Position numbers and translations under genes: made by a program
In this document: piece after piece, positions 48,669 to 59,764 of the stretch
How positions within the stretch are numbered: position 1 is the first letter of the stretch
Layout of the letters: each line of letters starts with the position of its first letter
Origin: Bdellovibrionales bacterium
Lineage (GTDB): Bacteria > Bdellovibrionota > Bdellovibrionia > Bdellovibrionales > UBA1609
Assembly: GCA_965200875.1 (NCBI GenBank)
Contig: OZ241456.1
Span: 480,001-544,000, forward strand
Reading direction: 5' to 3'
DNA length: 64,000 bases
The notes under the pieces: model-generated
What the model saw: only the letters and a program-made list of their open reading frames with translations
Told to the model about the DNA's origin: nothing
The model's database searches: none

Positions 48669-50381
48669 ATGCCCATTTTGGAATTTAAAGGCAAAGACAT
48701 TATAGATTCCTATCATTTAGGGGTTGCCTTTTGCCCGATCCATATTGATAAAACAAAAAGTAAACTGTCCGTTCAAAACAGAAAAACACCTTCTTTGGAT
48801 GATAATTTGATTATTCATGGGGATAACCTTTTTGCTCTCAAAGCCCTTATACCAAAATATGCTGGCAAAATAAAATGTGTTTATATCGATCCGCCTTACA
48901 ATACAGGAAAAGAAACATGGGTATTTAATGATAATGTAAATCATCCCCTTATGCGGGAGTGGCTAAAAAAAGAAGTGGGCTTAGATGACATGGAAAGGCA
49001 TGACAAATGGCTTTGTATGATGTGGCCCAGACTTTGTTTATTAAAAGATCTGTTAAGTGAAGATGGAGTGTTGATATGCGCTATAGATCATAATGAACGA
49101 GAGCATTTAGGTATGATATTAAAGGAGATTTTTCAAGATCAGGAAATTGTGTGTGTAACGATTGTGCATAATCCCAGAGGAATCCAAGGTGATCATTTTT
49201 CCTATACCCATGAATACGCTTATTTTGTTTTGCCAGATAAAAAAAGTGTGATTGGAAAAAGAAAATTCATAAAAAACAAGGATATAAGCAATTTTAGAAA
49301 TTGGGGAGGAGAATCGTTAAGGGGAGATGCAAAAAATTGTTTTTACCCTATTCTTGTTCGAAGTGGTGCTATTGTTGGTTTTGGTGAGGTGTTGGAGGAA
49401 GGGAAACATCCTGAGGGTCGTGTGGTGAAAAGAGGAGATGGTTCTTATGAGATATGGCCCATAGACAAAAGCGGAGTGGAAAGAAAGTGGCGATATGCCC
49501 GTCAAAGTGTGGAGTCCATAAAACATCTGCTCACCCTCAAGCCAGCCAAAAACCAGGAAAATAATTTTGAAGTGGAAATAGGAAAGGATTTTGGTTCTTA
49601 TAAAACTGTTTGGACAGGTAGTAAGTATGATGCTAATGAATACGGCACAAAGCTCTTAAAAACTATTTTGCCGAATTGCCCTTTTAATTTTCCAAAGTCT
49701 TTTTATACAGTGAAGGATTGTCTGCAAGCTGTGTGCCGTGATGATAAAAATGCCATTATTTTGGATTGCTTTGCTGGATCAGGTACAACGGCTCATGCTG
49801 TTTTGGATATGAACAAAGAGGACGGAGGCCAGCGCAAGTTTATTTTAGTTCAATGTGAAGAGTATAATAAAAAAACCGGGAAACAAATTAATATCACAAA
49901 TGAAATTACAGCAGAGCGTGTTCGTAAAGTTATGGAAGGTTATAATGGCAAAAAAGGCTTTGATGATTCTTTTACCTATTGTGCTCTTGGCAAACCATTA
50001 AGTGAAGAAAATATGTTGAAAGGAAAATCTCTTCCAGATTACAACACTCTTGCTCATTATGTGTTTTGGACAGCTACTGGAAAAACTTTAAACCAAACTG
50101 GCCAGCGAGTTGCGAGGGAAAACAAAAATTTTTATATAGGAAAATCAGACAGCAATCAAGCTTTTTTCTTAATTTACAAGCCCGATATAAAGTTTTTAAG
50201 AAGCAATGAGTCTGCTTTAAATTGGGATCGTAAGCAGGAGATTCAAAAAATTATGCTTCAGCAGGGTTGTAAAAAAGCAGTTGTATTCGCATCTGCTTGT
50301 TTTTACGATATAAGAGAGCTATCTTCAGACGGCATTGTTTTTTGTCAATTGCCTTTTGCGATTTATGCCAGAACAATATAA
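48669..50381 (+). CDS. mod: Type III restriction-modification methyltransferase
   Basis: IHGDNL, YIDPPYNTG, WLCMMWPRL, FPKS, DCFAGSGTT motifs. Confidence 0.92.
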   Translation: MPILEFKGKDIIDSYHLGVAFCPIHIDKTKSKLSVQNRKTPSLDDNLIIHGDNLFALKALIPKYAGKIKCVYIDPPYNTGKETWVFNDNVNHPLMREWLKKEVGLDDMERHDKWLCMMWPRLCLLKDLLSEDGVLICAIDHNEREHLGMILKEIFQDQEIVCVTIVHNPRGIQGDHFSYTHEYAYFVLPDKKSVIGKRKFIKNKDISNFRNWGGESLRGDAKNCFYPILVRSGAIVGFGEVLEEGKHPEGRVVKRGDGSYEIWPIDKSGVERKWRYARQSVESIKHLLTLKPAKNQENNFEVEIGKDFGSYKTVWTGSKYDANEYGTKLLKTILPNCPFNFPKSFYTVKDCLQAVCRDDKNAIILDCFAGSGTTAHAVLDMNKEDGGQRKFILVQCEEYNKKTGKQINITNEITAERVRKVMEGYNGKKGFDDSFTYCALGKPLSEENMLKGKSLPDYNTLAHYVFWTATGKTLNQTGQRVARENKNFYIGKSDSNQAFFLIYKPDIKFLRSNESALNWDRKQEIQKIMLQQGCKKAVVFASACFYDIRELSSDGIVFCQLPFAIYARTI

Positions 50382-50394
50382 GAAGGTTATTTTA

Positions 50395-53010
50395 ATGCAG
50401 TTAAAAGAATTTCAAGATTTATGTTTAAAAAAATTGGATTATTATCTTCAGGTTTTAAAGTCAGAATACCTAGAAGAAAAAGAAGTGATAAAATTTTTAC
50501 GGAGTAAAGGGCAAGAGAGACAAATAAAGGAATATTCAGAAAAGACCTGGAAAAAATTGGAGTTTGAAGGAAAACTTCCACACTTTAAAAACACACTTGG
50601 GAAAATACAACCCCTTCCCTATCTCAATAAAAAAGATGGCTTAGCTCACCCCATTCCCAACATACTTTTAAAAGTCCCTACTGGTGGAGGGAAAACCTTG
50701 ATAGCTGTTTTCGCAGTGGAAAGAATAAACTTTGATTATTTTCAAAAAACCACCGGTCTTATTTTATGGATTGTTCCCACAGATGTCATATACAGACAAA
50801 CCTTTTTAAACTTTAAAAACAAATCCCACCCCTATAGACAAATATTGGAAAGAGCAGGAGCTGGAAGAGTTAAAATTTTGGAATGGAGAAAAAATAAAAC
50901 CAATTCTTTTTCTGTACGGGATTTAAAGGAAAACCTTTGTGTGATGTTGTTGATGTTACAATCAGCAAACCGGGAGACCAAGGAATCTTTGCGGGTATTT
51001 AAAGATTCTGGAAAATTTATTGATTTTTTTCCAAAAGCGAGAGATGGGAAAGCCAATGAAAAGCTGATTTCCTATATGGGAAATTTAGACACATATATCG
51101 ATAAAAACCCACTAGGAGGTGGGACGGGTGCTTTTGTTAAACATAGCTTGGGAAATGCCATAAGGCTTGCCCAGCCGATTGTTATTATGGATGAAGGGCA
51201 CAGAGCTTATTCAGATCTGGCCAGAAAAACTTTGTCTGATTTAAACCCTCGATTTATCCTAGAGCTTTCCGCCACTCCCAATATGAAATCTCATAAAAGC
51301 AATGTGTTGGTTAGCATTTCCGGTGTAAAACTAAAAGAGGAAGAAATGATTAAACTTCCTATAAATATTACAAACACAGGAAAAGGGGATTGGAAAAAAA
51401 CCTTATGCCAAGCTTATGATAAATTGCAAGAGTTACAAAAGTTGAGTAAAATAAACTATAAGAAAACCAAAAAATATATTCGCCCCATTATGCTTGTTCA
51501 AGTGGAAAGAACTGGGAAAGATCAAATAGACACAAACTTTGTTCATTCTGAAGATGTTAAGAATTTTCTTATCAGTCGTTTAAAAGTCAGGGAAAGAGAA
51601 ATCAAAATCAAGGTGGCTGAAAAAGATGAGCTAAAGGATGAAAGCCTGTTGAGCCACACTTCCCCAGTGCGATTTATTATCACCAAGCAAGCTTTGCAGG
51701 AAGGTTGGGATTGCCCCTTCGCTTATGTTTTGGCCGTTTTATCCAATAGTCGCTCCAAACAAGCTATGACTCAATTAATAGGTAGGATATTAAGACAGCC
51801 TTATGCTCAAAAAGCGGAAATGGAATCTTTAAACGAAAGCTATGTTTTTTGTTATAACAGGTTGGTTCAGGAAGTAGTCAATGATATTAAAAAAGGTTTG
51901 CAAAAAGAGGGTATGGCCGATCTGACTCACTATATAACCACAAAAGAAACAGCCCTGAAAAAGGTAAAAGTGAACAGAAGACCAACCTTTAAAGATACTA
52001 AAATTTTTCTTCCCAGAGTGTTATGCAAAACTCAGAACAATGTTTGGAGAAATATCATTTATGAAGAGGATATTCTCAAAAATATAGATTTTTCAAAGAT
52101 ATCTTATTCTGAAAAAGAGCGTCTTACCCCTGAAAACATTGACTCTTTACAGGTTGATTCTATTCAAGTGGATATGTCAGATCACGCAAACCAATTTACC
52201 TTGCCTTATGCGACAAAAACTCGATGGGAAAATCAAGGTATGAAAATGGATTATCCATTTATGATAAAAAGACTCAGCCTTTTTATTCCCAACCCTTGGG
52301 AGGCGGTTAGGATTTTGGATGAAACTATAGACAGTTTAAAAGTTAGAAAAATATCAGATGAACAACTTTACTTAAATAGAAATTGGATACTTCGGGCTAT
52401 GGAGCAGGATATAGAAAAGCAAATAGATCGCCTTTCAGAAAAATTGTTTATAAAAAAACTTAAAGCCGGTGACTTGTGTTTTAAAATCTTTAAAAAGAAA
52501 ATTGATATAAATTGGGAGATGAAATCGGATATGGATTTTGTGGTTTCCAGAAGCGATAAAATTTTAAGACGGAGGGATGAAAGCGATTTTCAGCTTTCGT
52601 TGTTTGATAAAACCTATCAATCTCATTACAATGAATTGGAAAAACAAGTGGCCTGGTATTTGGATGAACAATCGGCGGTTAAATGGTGGCACAGGATAGC
52701 AGTAAAGCAAGGTTATCATTTACAAGGTTGGCAGAAGAGAAAAATATACCCTGATTTTCTAGCTTTTATCAGTTCTGAAAACAAAGTAAAAAAACTTTCT
52801 GTTTTGGAGGCAAAAGGTGATCATCTGAAAGGCAATGATGATACAAATTACAAAAAAAAACTCTTTAAAATTTTGGAAAAGCATGCCACAAATGAGATTA
52901 TGAAAGTAGGGGATATGGAAGTTGTTTCAGAGGCAGAACAAAAAATGGTATTTCAAATTCTTATGGAAAACAGATGGCGTGAGGATTTACAGGAAGTTAT
53001 TGAAAAATAA
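50395..53010 (+). CDS. res: Type III restriction endonuclease/helicase subunit
   Basis: VPTGGGKT, DEGH, SAT, EGWDCP, QLIGRILR, PDF..EAKG; ATG 50395 preferred. Confidence 0.88.
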   Translation: MQLKEFQDLCLKKLDYYLQVLKSEYLEEKEVIKFLRSKGQERQIKEYSEKTWKKLEFEGKLPHFKNTLGKIQPLPYLNKKDGLAHPIPNILLKVPTGGGKTLIAVFAVERINFDYFQKTTGLILWIVPTDVIYRQTFLNFKNKSHPYRQILERAGAGRVKILEWRKNKTNSFSVRDLKENLCVMLLMLQSANRETKESLRVFKDSGKFIDFFPKARDGKANEKLISYMGNLDTYIDKNPLGGGTGAFVKHSLGNAIRLAQPIVIMDEGHRAYSDLARKTLSDLNPRFILELSATPNMKSHKSNVLVSISGVKLKEEEMIKLPINITNTGKGDWKKTLCQAYDKLQELQKLSKINYKKTKKYIRPIMLVQVERTGKDQIDTNFVHSEDVKNFLISRLKVREREIKIKVAEKDELKDESLLSHTSPVRFIITKQALQEGWDCPFAYVLAVLSNSRSKQAMTQLIGRILRQPYAQKAEMESLNESYVFCYNRLVQEVVNDIKKGLQKEGMADLTHYITTKETALKKVKVNRRPTFKDTKIFLPRVLCKTQNNVWRNIIYEEDILKNIDFSKISYSEKERLTPENIDSLQVDSIQVDMSDHANQFTLPYATKTRWENQGMKMDYPFMIKRLSLFIPNPWEAVRILDETIDSLKVRKISDEQLYLNRNWILRAMEQDIEKQIDRLSEKLFIKKLKAGDLCFKIFKKKIDINWEMKSDMDFVVSRSDKILRRRDESDFQLSLFDKTYQSHYNELEKQVAWYLDEQSAVKWWHRIAVKQGYHLQGWQKRKIYPDFLAFISSENKVKKLSVLEAKGDHLKGNDDTNYKKKLFKILEKHATNEIMKVGDMEVVSEAEQKMVFQILMENRWREDLQEVIEK

Positions 53011-53037
53011 AATATATAGAAAGGTGGAGTATCCTTC

Positions 53038-54321
53038 TTGAGAATATTAGATCCGGTACATAAGTATATTATTTTGTCTGATCGGGAGCGTCCCTTGGTT
53101 GATTCTGTAATATTCCAGAGGCTTCGTTATATTCGACAGCTTGGGTTTGCGGAATTTGCGTTTCCCGGTGCGGTTCATAACCGTTTTTTGCATTCTCTGG
53201 GAGTTTGTCATTTAGCGGGCAGAGCTTTTGATTCCCTTCTGTTTTTGGATGATTTTTTATCCCCTCAAAAGAAAAAAGATTTTCGTCAATTAATCAGAGT
53301 GGTGGCACTTTTGCATGATATAGGTCACGGCCCTTTATCTCATATTTCTGAAACAGCTATGCCTTTGTTGGCAGACCTGTCTCTTCCCTTTAATGATGTG
53401 GAAGAAAAGGATAGCAGGAAAAAAGCCACCCACGAACACTATACAATCAAATGGATTTTGGAGTCTGAAATAAAAAGTATCATTTCCGCTATGGATATTG
53501 ACCCTGAGTGTGTGGCGCATTTGATTGATGATCGAGTTCACTTTTCCCACTTTGATTTTTTTGTTTCAAAAGGGGTGAATTTTAAACCTTTGTTAAAACA
53601 GATTATCAGTTCTGATCTGGATATGGATCGTGTGGATTATACCCGGAGAGATGCTTTTTTCTGTGGGACGGATTATGGATTTTGTGACCATGAGTGGATA
53701 TTAAACAATCTGTGGGTTCATATAAAGGAAGGGCAGGCTTTTCTGGGAATCGGGCAAAAGGCAGTGTACAGTGTGGAAAGTTTCTTTCTGGGCAGAAGGC
53801 ACATGGGACTTGCCATTTATTTTCACAACAAAATGGTGGCAATGGATGAGATGCTTTACCGTTACTTTATGAGTGATGATTGTGACTTTCATATTCCGGT
53901 TTCTTTGGATGCTTATCTGCTCTGTACGGATTCCGCGCTTTTTGAAAACTTAAGAAATGCCTCTCTTAAAAATGAGTGGGCACGCCGAATCACTGAGAAA
54001 AAGCCTTATGAAAAATTTTATGAAATTCAATACACCTGTTTTGAGAAAGAAAAAGAAATGGAGAAATTGCAAAAAGTAAAACTGTTTTTGAAAAAACAGG
54101 ATATTCCTTTTATACATACTAATTCTCTGAATCATGTTAAAAGACTTTACTTTCAGAATATGGATCATTTGCCTTTGTATATTGTGGATGAATCCACAGG
54201 TTCTGCCGTGGCTCTTAGGGAGAGAATGAAAATGTTTAATCAAAAGGAACATGTCCTGATGATGGATCGGATATATATCCCTCCTGAAGAGAGAAAAAAA
54301 GCCACTGGAGATATTACATAG
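53038..54321 (+). CDS. HD-domain phosphohydrolase (SAMHD1/dNTPase-like)
   Basis: FQRLRYIRQLG, HNRFLHSLG, LLHDIGHGPLSH, DMDRVDY motifs. Confidence 0.92.
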   Translation: MRILDPVHKYIILSDRERPLVDSVIFQRLRYIRQLGFAEFAFPGAVHNRFLHSLGVCHLAGRAFDSLLFLDDFLSPQKKKDFRQLIRVVALLHDIGHGPLSHISETAMPLLADLSLPFNDVEEKDSRKKATHEHYTIKWILESEIKSIISAMDIDPECVAHLIDDRVHFSHFDFFVSKGVNFKPLLKQIISSDLDMDRVDYTRRDAFFCGTDYGFCDHEWILNNLWVHIKEGQAFLGIGQKAVYSVESFFLGRRHMGLAIYFHNKMVAMDEMLYRYFMSDDCDFHIPVSLDAYLLCTDSALFENLRNASLKNEWARRITEKKPYEKFYEIQYTCFEKEKEMEKLQKVKLFLKKQDIPFIHTNSLNHVKRLYFQNMDHLPLYIVDESTGSAVALRERMKMFNQKEHVLMMDRIYIPPEERKKATGDIT

Positions 54322-54349
54322 TGGTCCGTGAAAAAGTATATTTTCTTAA
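54319..54349 (+). repeat. Dispersed element end (TAGTGGTCCGTGAAAAAGTATATTTTCTTAA)
   Basis: Begins with the HD gene stop codon; matches the copies at 155 and 6413. Confidence 0.75.
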
Positions 54350-54373
54350 GGAAAAAGGATGAAACATTTCCTT

Positions 54374-54466
54374 AAAAGAATATGTGTGGCATTATGTTTT
54401 GTTCACCAATTGTGTGTTGGGAAGTTTATCGAAAAAAACTAGGAAAAGAATATGTGTGGCATTATG
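54374..54466 (+). repeat. 23-bp duplication of the glmS start region, period 70
   Basis: AAAAGAATATGTGTGGCATTATG at 54374 and 54444. Confidence 0.88.
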
Positions 54467-56287
54467 GGGTATATGGGTTTTCGGAACTCAAAAGAGGTTT
54501 TGCTAAACGGGCTGAAAACCATTCAGTATCGTGGTTATGACAGCATGGGCCTAGCAGTGGCTTTAGATAGTGGCTTCAAAAGGATCCGATCTGTTGGAGA
54601 TATTGAATGTTTGCGAAAAAAAGTGGAGGAGGAGAATGGAAATTTTTCCAGTTCTTGGGGTTTGGCTCACAGCAGATGGGCCACACATGGAGCACCTACG
54701 GAAAAAAATGCGCATCCTCACAAAGCGGAGCATATTTATATTGTGCATAACGGGATTATCGAAAATGCAGAGGAACTAAAAAAACAATTGCCTTATTCTT
54801 TTGTTTCTGAAACGGATTCGGAAGTGGTTGCATATTGTTTGTTGGATTCTTATAAAAAAAACAGCTCCTTGAAAGAGGCGGTGTTCGATACTATATCTCG
54901 GATAAAAGGTGAATATGCTATCGTGGCTCTGTCTGAAAAAAATCCCAAAGAATTTTTTGCCTTTAAAAAAGGACCTTCTTTGTTAATAGGTATGGGAGAA
55001 AAAGAAATATTTGTATGTAGCGATGTGCAAGGCATTCTTCCTTATACGAATAAAATATTTTTTTTAAACGATGGAGAAATAGCTCATATTAAAGATGGAA
55101 AGGTGTTGAGTTTTTATTCTGAAAAAAAAGAAAAAATTAAAAAAAATGTTACAACATTAAAAGTCCCGGCAGATAATACGAATAAACAAGGTTATCCTCA
55201 TTATATGTTGAAGGAAATTTATGAACAACCGGATTGTGTTGCAAAACTGATTCAGCAAAATATAAATACAGGAAAGCTCGCGGTGGAGCTGAATATAGAT
55301 GGAAAATCTGATATTTTGGATCAAATCCTTCAGGAAAGAAGACTCAGCATTGTAGCTTGCGGTAGTAGTTACTATGCGGCACTTTACGGAAAGTACATTA
55401 TTGAAAAACTAAGCCGTATTGCTGTGGAAGTGGATATGGCGAGTGAATTTCGTTATCGATCTCCTGTTCTTCCAGATCGCGCACCGGTTATGTTGATTTC
55501 TCAAAGTGGGGAAACTGCGGACACCCTAGCAGTATTGAAAATGGTGCAGTCTCTAAGTTTGCCGGTGTTAAGTTTGTGTAATGTGGTTCATTCCTCTTTA
55601 GATAGAGGATCTACTGCCAAACTGTATATGCACTCCGGGGTGGAGAAGGGAGTTGCCAGCACCAAGGCTTTTACCTCCACTTTGGTTGTTTTATTTTTGC
55701 TGGCTTTGTTTCTAAGCCGGAAGAATAAAAAGATTAGCTCTTCTAGGGAGACAAAGCTTATTCAGTCTTTGTTTGCTCTACCTTCTCTTATGGAGGAAAT
55801 TTTATCTTGCGAGCGAGAATATGTGTCTGTGTCTCATTTGGCAAAGCCCCTTAAAAGCTTTATATACCTCGGCAGGGATATGTATTATCCTTTGGCTTTA
55901 GAAGGTGCTTTAAAGATGAAAGAGCTGACTTACAGGCATGGTTCAGCTTACCCGGCTGGGGAGATGAAACACGGTCCTTTAGCTTTAGTGGATAAAGATA
56001 TGTTGGTGGTGGGGCTTTTACCTCAATCACAGGTGCGTAAAAAAACACTGACAAATTTAGAGGAAGTACGTTGCAGAGGAGGAGAGCTGATTGTGATTGG
56101 TGCAAAAGGGGATCAGGAGGCAAAAGCTCTTTCTAGGCAGTTTTTATCTGTGCCTTCCTGTAATGAATATTTATTCGCGATTTTGTGTGCTTTGCCACTT
56201 CAGTTAATGGCTTATCATACAGCCTTCTCTTTAGGACACAATGTGGATCAGCCTAGAAATCTGGCCAAATCTGTTACTGTGGAATAA
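54452..56287 (+). CDS. glmS: Glutamine-fructose-6-phosphate aminotransferase
   Basis: MCGI, YRGYDS, HSRWATHG, SQSGETADT, PRNLAKSVTVE motifs. Confidence 0.98.
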   Translation: MCGIMGYMGFRNSKEVLLNGLKTIQYRGYDSMGLAVALDSGFKRIRSVGDIECLRKKVEEENGNFSSSWGLAHSRWATHGAPTEKNAHPHKAEHIYIVHNGIIENAEELKKQLPYSFVSETDSEVVAYCLLDSYKKNSSLKEAVFDTISRIKGEYAIVALSEKNPKEFFAFKKGPSLLIGMGEKEIFVCSDVQGILPYTNKIFFLNDGEIAHIKDGKVLSFYSEKKEKIKKNVTTLKVPADNTNKQGYPHYMLKEIYEQPDCVAKLIQQNINTGKLAVELNIDGKSDILDQILQERRLSIVACGSSYYAALYGKYIIEKLSRIAVEVDMASEFRYRSPVLPDRAPVMLISQSGETADTLAVLKMVQSLSLPVLSLCNVVHSSLDRGSTAKLYMHSGVEKGVASTKAFTSTLVVLFLLALFLSRKNKKISSSRETKLIQSLFALPSLMEEILSCEREYVSVSHLAKPLKSFIYLGRDMYYPLALEGALKMKELTYRHGSAYPAGEMKHGPLALVDKDMLVVGLLPQSQVRKKTLTNLEEVRCRGGELIVIGAKGDQEAKALSRQFLSVPSCNEYLFAILCALPLQLMAYHTAFSLGHNVDQPRNLAKSVTVE

Positions 56288-56299
56288 AGTTTTATATTA

Positions 56300-56800
56300 T
56301 TAGGGGTTTGAAGAACAAGAAAATACTTTTATTTTGTGAATAAGCCATTTTTTTTCTTTTATCCAATTTATCAGAGAATTACAGGATAGTTTTTTATTTC
56401 CTTGAGTGGCTTTTACGGTAAAGCTTACTTCAGCTGTTTTGTTTTCTTCTGATTTTGATATGGTGACATTCAATTCTTTTGCTGATGGTATGTTTATACG
56501 CCAATTTTTATCCGGTTGCTTGAAATAACCAGCTAAGGCAGATCGTAAATTTGCCAAGGACTGATTTTTGTAAAAGTATTGTTCTGTTTTAACTTCATAT
56601 TCCACAGAGAAGTGCATATACTTTGCTATTTCATGTATTTTTCTGAACATAGTGGCTGTTGAAGAAGGAGTGGAGGAAGGGGACACTATGTGAAGGAGTT
56701 TTATCGTGTGCTTTTTAAGATATTTTTCATCATTTTGGAAAAGCACAAAAGAACCAGCGATTAGAAGAGCTATAAAACAAATGACATATATATTTTTCAT
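56300..56800 (-). CDS. Hypothetical exported protein (possibly NTF2-like fold)
   Basis: N-terminal hydrophobic helix; C-terminal W..EKKWLI beta pattern. Confidence 0.55.
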   Translation of the reverse strand: MKNIYVICFIALLIAGSFVLFQNDEKYLKKHTIKLLHIVSPSSTPSSTATMFRKIHEIAKYMHFSVEYEVKTEQYFYKNQSLANLRSALAGYFKQPDKNWRINIPSAKELNVTISKSEENKTAEVSFTVKATQGNKKLSCNSLINWIKEKKWLIHKIKVFSCSSNP

Positions 56801-56929
56801 TTTTTATATCTTTATGGTATTCCATATTACCTTTGCAGTCAAATAGTCTTAGTTCATGGAAAAATTATTTGATTTTTTAATCAGAGGAAGTGTATAAAAA
56901 AGGAAAAACAGTTTTAGGAGGAAGAGTAA

Positions 56930-57691
56930 GTGAGCTTAAAACAGAAACTGAAAAATTTTTTCGATATTCCGCTTATCGTAATTGTGTGCGCTATTTTAGT
57001 GTTTCGATGGGCATTTTTTGAGCCTTATGTTATTCCTTCAGGTAGTATGATCCCCTCTTTGCTGATACATGATCATATTGTTGTAAATAAATTTCATTAT
57101 GGCTTGCGTGTTCCTTTTTCCAAAAAATGGCTTTGGAATCGCTCAAATCCTGAACGAGGTGATGTGGTTGTTTTCAGACCGGTTGAAAAAGAAAAGAAAA
57201 AAGGTATGAGATTCATGGTGAAAAGAGTTGTGGGTTTACCTGGAGATAAAATTTACATTGATGATAAAAAGCAATTATGGATTAACGGGGATTTAGTAAA
57301 GAGAACGGACTTAAAGGGTCCAGGGGGTGGAGAAACCTTTTATTCTTTAAAAGAGCGGGATTTAGGGGCTAATTTTTCAGATTATCGTTTTTATTCAGAA
57401 ACAGCAAAAAATGGGCGCGCTTATCGTATTATTTTTAAAGCCGAGGATTTTTCTACACTGGGGTTAGGGGGGCGCACAGATTTTGAGGTGCCAGCAGGTG
57501 CTGTTTTCGTGATGGGGGATAACAGGGATAATTCTAGTGATTCCCGGCGTTGGGATTATTTGCCGATTAATAATATTATGGGAAAAGCCACTCTCATTTG
57601 GCTTAGTTGTGATGAGACATTTTTTAATCTGCCGGTTTTATGTCACCTTGATAAAATCAGATTACAGCGTCTGCTCAAAAAAATATTTTAA
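56930..57691 (+). CDS. lepB: Signal peptidase I
   Basis: IPSGSMIPSL, VKRVVGLPGD, GDNRDNSSDSR motifs. Confidence 0.96.
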   Translation: MSLKQKLKNFFDIPLIVIVCAILVFRWAFFEPYVIPSGSMIPSLLIHDHIVVNKFHYGLRVPFSKKWLWNRSNPERGDVVVFRPVEKEKKKGMRFMVKRVVGLPGDKIYIDDKKQLWINGDLVKRTDLKGPGGGETFYSLKERDLGANFSDYRFYSETAKNGRAYRIIFKAEDFSTLGLGGRTDFEVPAGAVFVMGDNRDNSSDSRRWDYLPINNIMGKATLIWLSCDETFFNLPVLCHLDKIRLQRLLKKIF

Positions 57692-57709
57692 ACCATCGTT
57701 GACAACTGA

Positions 57710-59683
57710 TTAAGTGGTAATAGGTTTTGGATCTCCAATAGGTTTCATAGAAGATTTTTCTTTTTCTTTGTCTTTTGGTTTTATTTTCTGAGCGGATTCT
57801 CTTCTTTCCTGTTCTAGCTTTAAATTATGTTCTTTACGATGTTTTTCCAGATCATCTAAACCAGCTCCTCCGATGATCATATCCACTTCTTCACCACTTA
57901 TGGTTTCGTATTTTAGTAAAGCTTTTGCCATTATTTTCAGAATTTTTTTATGCGCTTTTAAAATATCCAAAGCTTGTTTATGTGCAGAGCTGATGAGGCG
58001 ATACACTTCCTGATCCACCTCTTTCGCTTTAGCCTCGGAATACTCTCTGCCTTTTGTGTACTGAATACCCAAATAAACAGGCCCTTCTCTTTTCTCCAAA
58101 GCCAAGGGGCCTAATTTTTCGCTCATACCCCATTCACACACCATACGCCGGGCCAGCTCTGTGGCCTTTTCAATGTCGTTTCCGGCACCAGTGGTGTAAT
58201 CCTTGAAAATTAACTCCTCCGCCGCTCTTCCTCCGAACAGAAAAGCCAAGGTATTTTCCGCTTTGCTTTTGCTTAAATTCAGTGTGTCTTCCTTGGGAAG
58301 AGTTTGTGTCAATCCCAAAGCCATCCCACGGGGAATGATAGTTACTTTATGAACAGGATCCAGGTTAGGAAGCTTTCTTCCCACAAGAGTATGTCCTGCC
58401 TCGTGGTAGGCTGTAATTTCCCGATCTTTTTCGCTAATAACCATAGATCGTCTTTCTCTTCCCATAATAACTTTGTCTTTGGCTTTTTCGATATCAGACA
58501 TTTCAATTTGGTTTTTATCAAGTCGAGCGGCCATAAGAGCAGATTCATTTATCAGATTTTCCAAATCCGCCCCGGAAAAACCCGGTGTTCCTCTTGCTAT
58601 TTTTTCCAATTCCACATGATTGGAAAGAGGTACATTTTTTGTATGCACTTTTAAAATTTCATGTCGACCTTTTAGATCGGGAATATTCACCACCACCCGC
58701 CGATCAAAACGGCCTGGTCTCAATAAGGCTGGATCCAACACATCAGGTCTGTTTGTGGCTGCGATTAAAATAATTCCCGTTTGACTTTCAAATCCGTCCA
58801 TTTCCACTAAAAGCTGATTTAATGTTTGTTCTCTTTCATCATGTCCTCCACCCATGCCAGAACCGCGATGTCTGCCTACAGCATCAATTTCATCCACAAA
58901 AATTACACACGGCGCGCTCTTTTTGCCTTGTAAAAAAAGGTCTCTTACTCTGGAGGCTCCTACCCCTACAAACATTTCCACAAAATCAGAACCGGAAATA
59001 GTAAAAAAAGGTACATTGGCCTCTCCCGCCACGGCTTTGGCCAAAAGAGTTTTACCAGTGCCAGGCGATCCTATTAACAAAACACCTTTTGGAATACGAC
59101 CACCTAATCGGGTAAATTTTTTCGGATTTTTTAAAAATTCCACGACTTCCTGTAGCTCTTCTTTGGCTTCTTCCACTCCAGCCACATTCTTAAAGAGAAT
59201 TTTTTTTCTGTCTGATACCAATCGCGCCCGGCTTTTTCCAAAGGCCAAAGCTTTTCCCCCTCCAATTTGAATTTGACGAATGAAAAAAATAATAAAAGCC
59301 ACGAAGATTAAAATAGGCAACCAGCTCAATAGAAACGCCGTCCAAAAAGAATTGTCTGTATTTACATAGTCAGGAGTGATTCCTGTTTGTTGCAATAGTT
59401 CAAATCCTTTATCTTCAACATTGCCGTAAATGCGAAATTTTTTGCCTTCATATTTTTTCTCTCCAGCAGGAGTCAACTCTCCTGTGATCTCCTGTTTGGT
59501 TTTGTTGAAAATTATGGAATCTGCTTTTACTTCCCCTGCTTTAACAGCTTCAATAAATTTTGGATAGTTAAAGTCGGAAGCATAAGGACTGCGCCGATAT
59601 TCATAGATTTGAAAAAATATCAAACCGATTGCCAAAAAAGACAGCCACAGTAAAAACACTTTTTTTCCGGAAGATTTCATCAT
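57710..59683 (-). CDS. ftsH: ATP-dependent zinc metalloprotease FtsH
   Basis: Two TM helices, [24 protein letters not shown]. Confidence 0.98.
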   Translation of the reverse strand: MMKSSGKKVFLLWLSFLAIGLIFFQIYEYRRSPYASDFNYPKFIEAVKAGEVKADSIIFNKTKQEITGELTPAGEKKYEGKKFRIYGNVEDKGFELLQQTGITPDYVNTDNSFWTAFLLSWLPILIFVAFIIFFIRQIQIGGGKALAFGKSRARLVSDRKKILFKNVAGVEEAKEELQEVVEFLKNPKKFTRLGGRIPKGVLLIGSPGTGKTLLAKAVAGEANVPFFTISGSDFVEMFVGVGASRVRDLFLQGKKSAPCVIFVDEIDAVGRHRGSGMGGGHDEREQTLNQLLVEMDGFESQTGIILIAATNRPDVLDPALLRPGRFDRRVVVNIPDLKGRHEILKVHTKNVPLSNHVELEKIARGTPGFSGADLENLINESALMAARLDKNQIEMSDIEKAKDKVIMGRERRSMVISEKDREITAYHEAGHTLVGRKLPNLDPVHKVTIIPRGMALGLTQTLPKEDTLNLSKSKAENTLAFLFGGRAAEELIFKDYTTGAGNDIEKATELARRMVCEWGMSEKLGPLALEKREGPVYLGIQYTKGREYSEAKAKEVDQEVYRLISSAHKQALDILKAHKKILKIMAKALLKYETISGEEVDMIIGGAGLDDLEKHRKEHNLKLEQERRESAQKIKPKDKEKEKSSMKPIGDPKPITT

Positions 59684-59764
59684 TTTTCGTCTGTCTTTTA
59701 GAGGTTTCATTTTTATTTTCCTTATTAAAAAAAGTTTCTCCAAATTATTGACTGATAGTTTTTA

